Of a stretch of DNA of 64,000 bases, positions 62,325 through 64,000 are shown piece by piece (position 1 is the stretch's first letter; each line of letters starts with the position of its first letter). The notes below the pieces were generated by a model that did not search any database, was not told where the DNA came from, and saw only the letters and a list, made by a program, of their open reading frames with translations. Where the stretch lies: assembly GCA_029856045.1 (NCBI GenBank), contig JAHQWG010000016.1:160001-224000 (forward strand), given 5' to 3'. Source of the stretch: Promethearchaeia archaeon. GTDB lineage: Archaea > Asgardarchaeota > Lokiarchaeia > Sigyniarchaeales > SOKP01. The position numbers were made by a program, and so were the translations under genes.

Positions 62325-62621
62325 TTGCAAGTTTATCTTAAAGTTCATACTCAGGGAACTACTGAGATCATTGCAGTTTGTGACGACGATCTTCTTAATA
62401 AAGAGTTATATGAAGATAATTTTAAATTAAAGATTTCTAATGACTTCTATGGAGGAAAACTAATTGATATAGATGAAGCGATAAATAGATTATCTATAAC
62501 TTCGAATTTTAATATTATTGGTAATAATATCATTAGAAAAGCAATTAAAAGTGGAATTATTCTTGAATCAAGTATTAAAAAAATTGATAATATACCTATG
62601 GCATTAAAGATGATATTTTAA
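62325..62621 (+). CDS. DUF424 family protein
   Basis: IIAVCDDDLL, FYGG, NIIGN; usual eif2b/nmd3 gene context. Confidence 0.88.
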   Translation: MQVYLKVHTQGTTEIIAVCDDDLLNKELYEDNFKLKISNDFYGGKLIDIDEAINRLSITSNFNIIGNNIIRKAIKSGIILESSIKKIDNIPMALKMIF

Positions 62622-62622
62622 T

Positions 62623-63564
62623 ATGCCACTAACCCATCCAACCCGTTTTTGCTCCCTTTGTGGAAAAGAATTTTCTACAAATGAAAAAATTTACGAAAAA
62701 TTTACTTGTCTGCGATGTTATCTTAAAAATAAGCCATTATTTCAATTTCAAGATATATTTTATTTAAATATATGTTTAGAGTGTGGTAGTTTTTCTAAGG
62801 ACTCTAAAGTAAAAATTTGGTTACCTACTTCTACAGAAAATGTATTAGAGATTGTTAAATCAGCTATTAAATATTATTTATTAGAGCCATATGGGAAAAA
62901 GGATAATATTAAATTCATTATTAAAATTTTGGAAGAAAAAATTTCTCCAAGTGCTAAAGTTATCGAGGATATTTATCTTTTAATCACAGGAGTTCATAGA
63001 TATGATAAAAATTTAATTTATACTCAAGAAATCAAAATAAAATTAAAATATGGTCACTGTGACAACTGTATTAGTATAAAACAAAAAAAAATTAATGCAA
63101 TTATTCAGTTAAGGGTGATTTTCGTCGAACAATTGGATCTAATTGAAATTGTAAAAGAAAAGATTAAAAATTATATTGAACAAGCATCAAAAAAAGATTC
63201 TACTGAATATATTACTAAAATCGATTATGTTAAAAATGGTGTTGATATTTTTTTAAGCACACAAAATCAAACCAATAAAATCATTCGATTATTAAAACCA
63301 GAATATAATTTTTTAATAAAATCTTCTAAAAAGTTGATGAGTAGAGATGTTCAACGCGGTAAAAACATATATAGAATAAAAACTTTAATAAAATTTTTAC
63401 CTATTGAAAAGGAAGATGAAGTAATTACCAAAAACATTAAATATATAGTAGATAAAATAGGCAAAAATAAAATACATTTAATAGATATCCATGGAAATAG
63501 AATAATAAAGAACTATCAATTTTTTTTCAGCAAAAAAGTTAAAATACAAAAAAAAGATTCATAA
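62623..63564 (+). CDS. nmd3: Nmd3 ribosome biogenesis factor
   Basis: CSLCG...CLRC, CLECG, CDNC...AIIQLR, GVDIFL, SSKKLMSRD...GKNIYR. Confidence 0.92.
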   Translation: MPLTHPTRFCSLCGKEFSTNEKIYEKFTCLRCYLKNKPLFQFQDIFYLNICLECGSFSKDSKVKIWLPTSTENVLEIVKSAIKYYLLEPYGKKDNIKFIIKILEEKISPSAKVIEDIYLLITGVHRYDKNLIYTQEIKIKLKYGHCDNCISIKQKKINAIIQLRVIFVEQLDLIEIVKEKIKNYIEQASKKDSTEYITKIDYVKNGVDIFLSTQNQTNKIIRLLKPEYNFLIKSSKKLMSRDVQRGKNIYRIKTLIKFLPIEKEDEVITKNIKYIVDKIGKNKIHLIDIHGNRIIKNYQFFFSKKVKIQKKDS

Positions 63565-63574
63565 ATTTTTAGAC

Positions 63575-64000
63575 ATGGAAGAAAATAACACAGATTTTGA
63601 AGAAATAGAAGATGATTTTATCGAAGAATATGATATGGAAGAATCAAAAGATTTGGAAATAAAAAAAATCGATAAAAGACGAATTAAAAAGAAAAACCAA
63701 TCAGCAATTAGGTTAGCGGTGGATAGTGTTTTTGATGAGAGAACTGTCTTTTTATTAAGAAAATTATTAGATAAACAGATAATAGGGGAATTTGTTGGAA
63801 TTATAAATGCAGGTAAAGAGGCAAATGTTTATTTAGCTTATGATAAAGAAGGAAAGGAAATCGCAATAAAAATTTATAAAATTGATAGTAATACTTCTCG
63901 GTGGATGAAAAATTATATTATTGGGGATCCGCGTTTTAAGAAAGTGGGTAAAAATCCTTCCCAGATTATATTTTTATGGGCTCAAAAAGAATTTAAAAAT
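63575..64000 (+). CDS. rio1: RIO1 serine kinase (3' end outside window)
   Basis: My translation: SVFDERT...INAGKEANVYLA...AIKIY...YIIGDPRF...WAQKEFKN. Confidence 0.93.
   Translation, partial: MEENNTDFEEIEDDFIEEYDMEESKDLEIKKIDKRRIKKKNQSAIRLAVDSVFDERTVFLLRKLLDKQIIGEFVGIINAGKEANVYLAYDKEGKEIAIKIYKIDSNTSRWMKNYIIGDPRFKKVGKNPSQIIFLWAQKEFKN

Overview
Very AT-rich archaeal chromosome segment. The 16S rRNA sequence and gene content (Rab-like and MglA-like small GTPases, roadblock, DENN/longin, V4R and RING proteins, two-subunit ATP-citrate lyase) point to an Asgard archaeon, most likely Lokiarchaeia. The window holds a 5'-truncated cdc6, a Tad/Flp-type pilus cluster next to an MglA/roadblock/DENN-like GTPase module, SRP RNA, a C/D-box guide sRNA, and a 16S rRNA + tRNA-Ala unit with no adjacent 23S. 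It also has five tRNAs that all carry bulge-helix-bulge (BHB) introns (7 introns in total), a free-standing GIY-YIG nuclease between two tRNAs, and many translation/replication genes. A long metabolic cluster covers proC, aconitase, aclBA, IDH, ArcE-like arginine synthetase, AOR, proline-dehydrogenase-like subunits, OTC, carbamate kinase and OAT. Top finding: the Walker A motif of ychF is split by a 45-nt, stop-containing insert with tRNA-type BHB junctions, which suggests an endonuclease-spliced intron in a protein-coding gene. All calls come from reading motifs by eye; no database searches were run.
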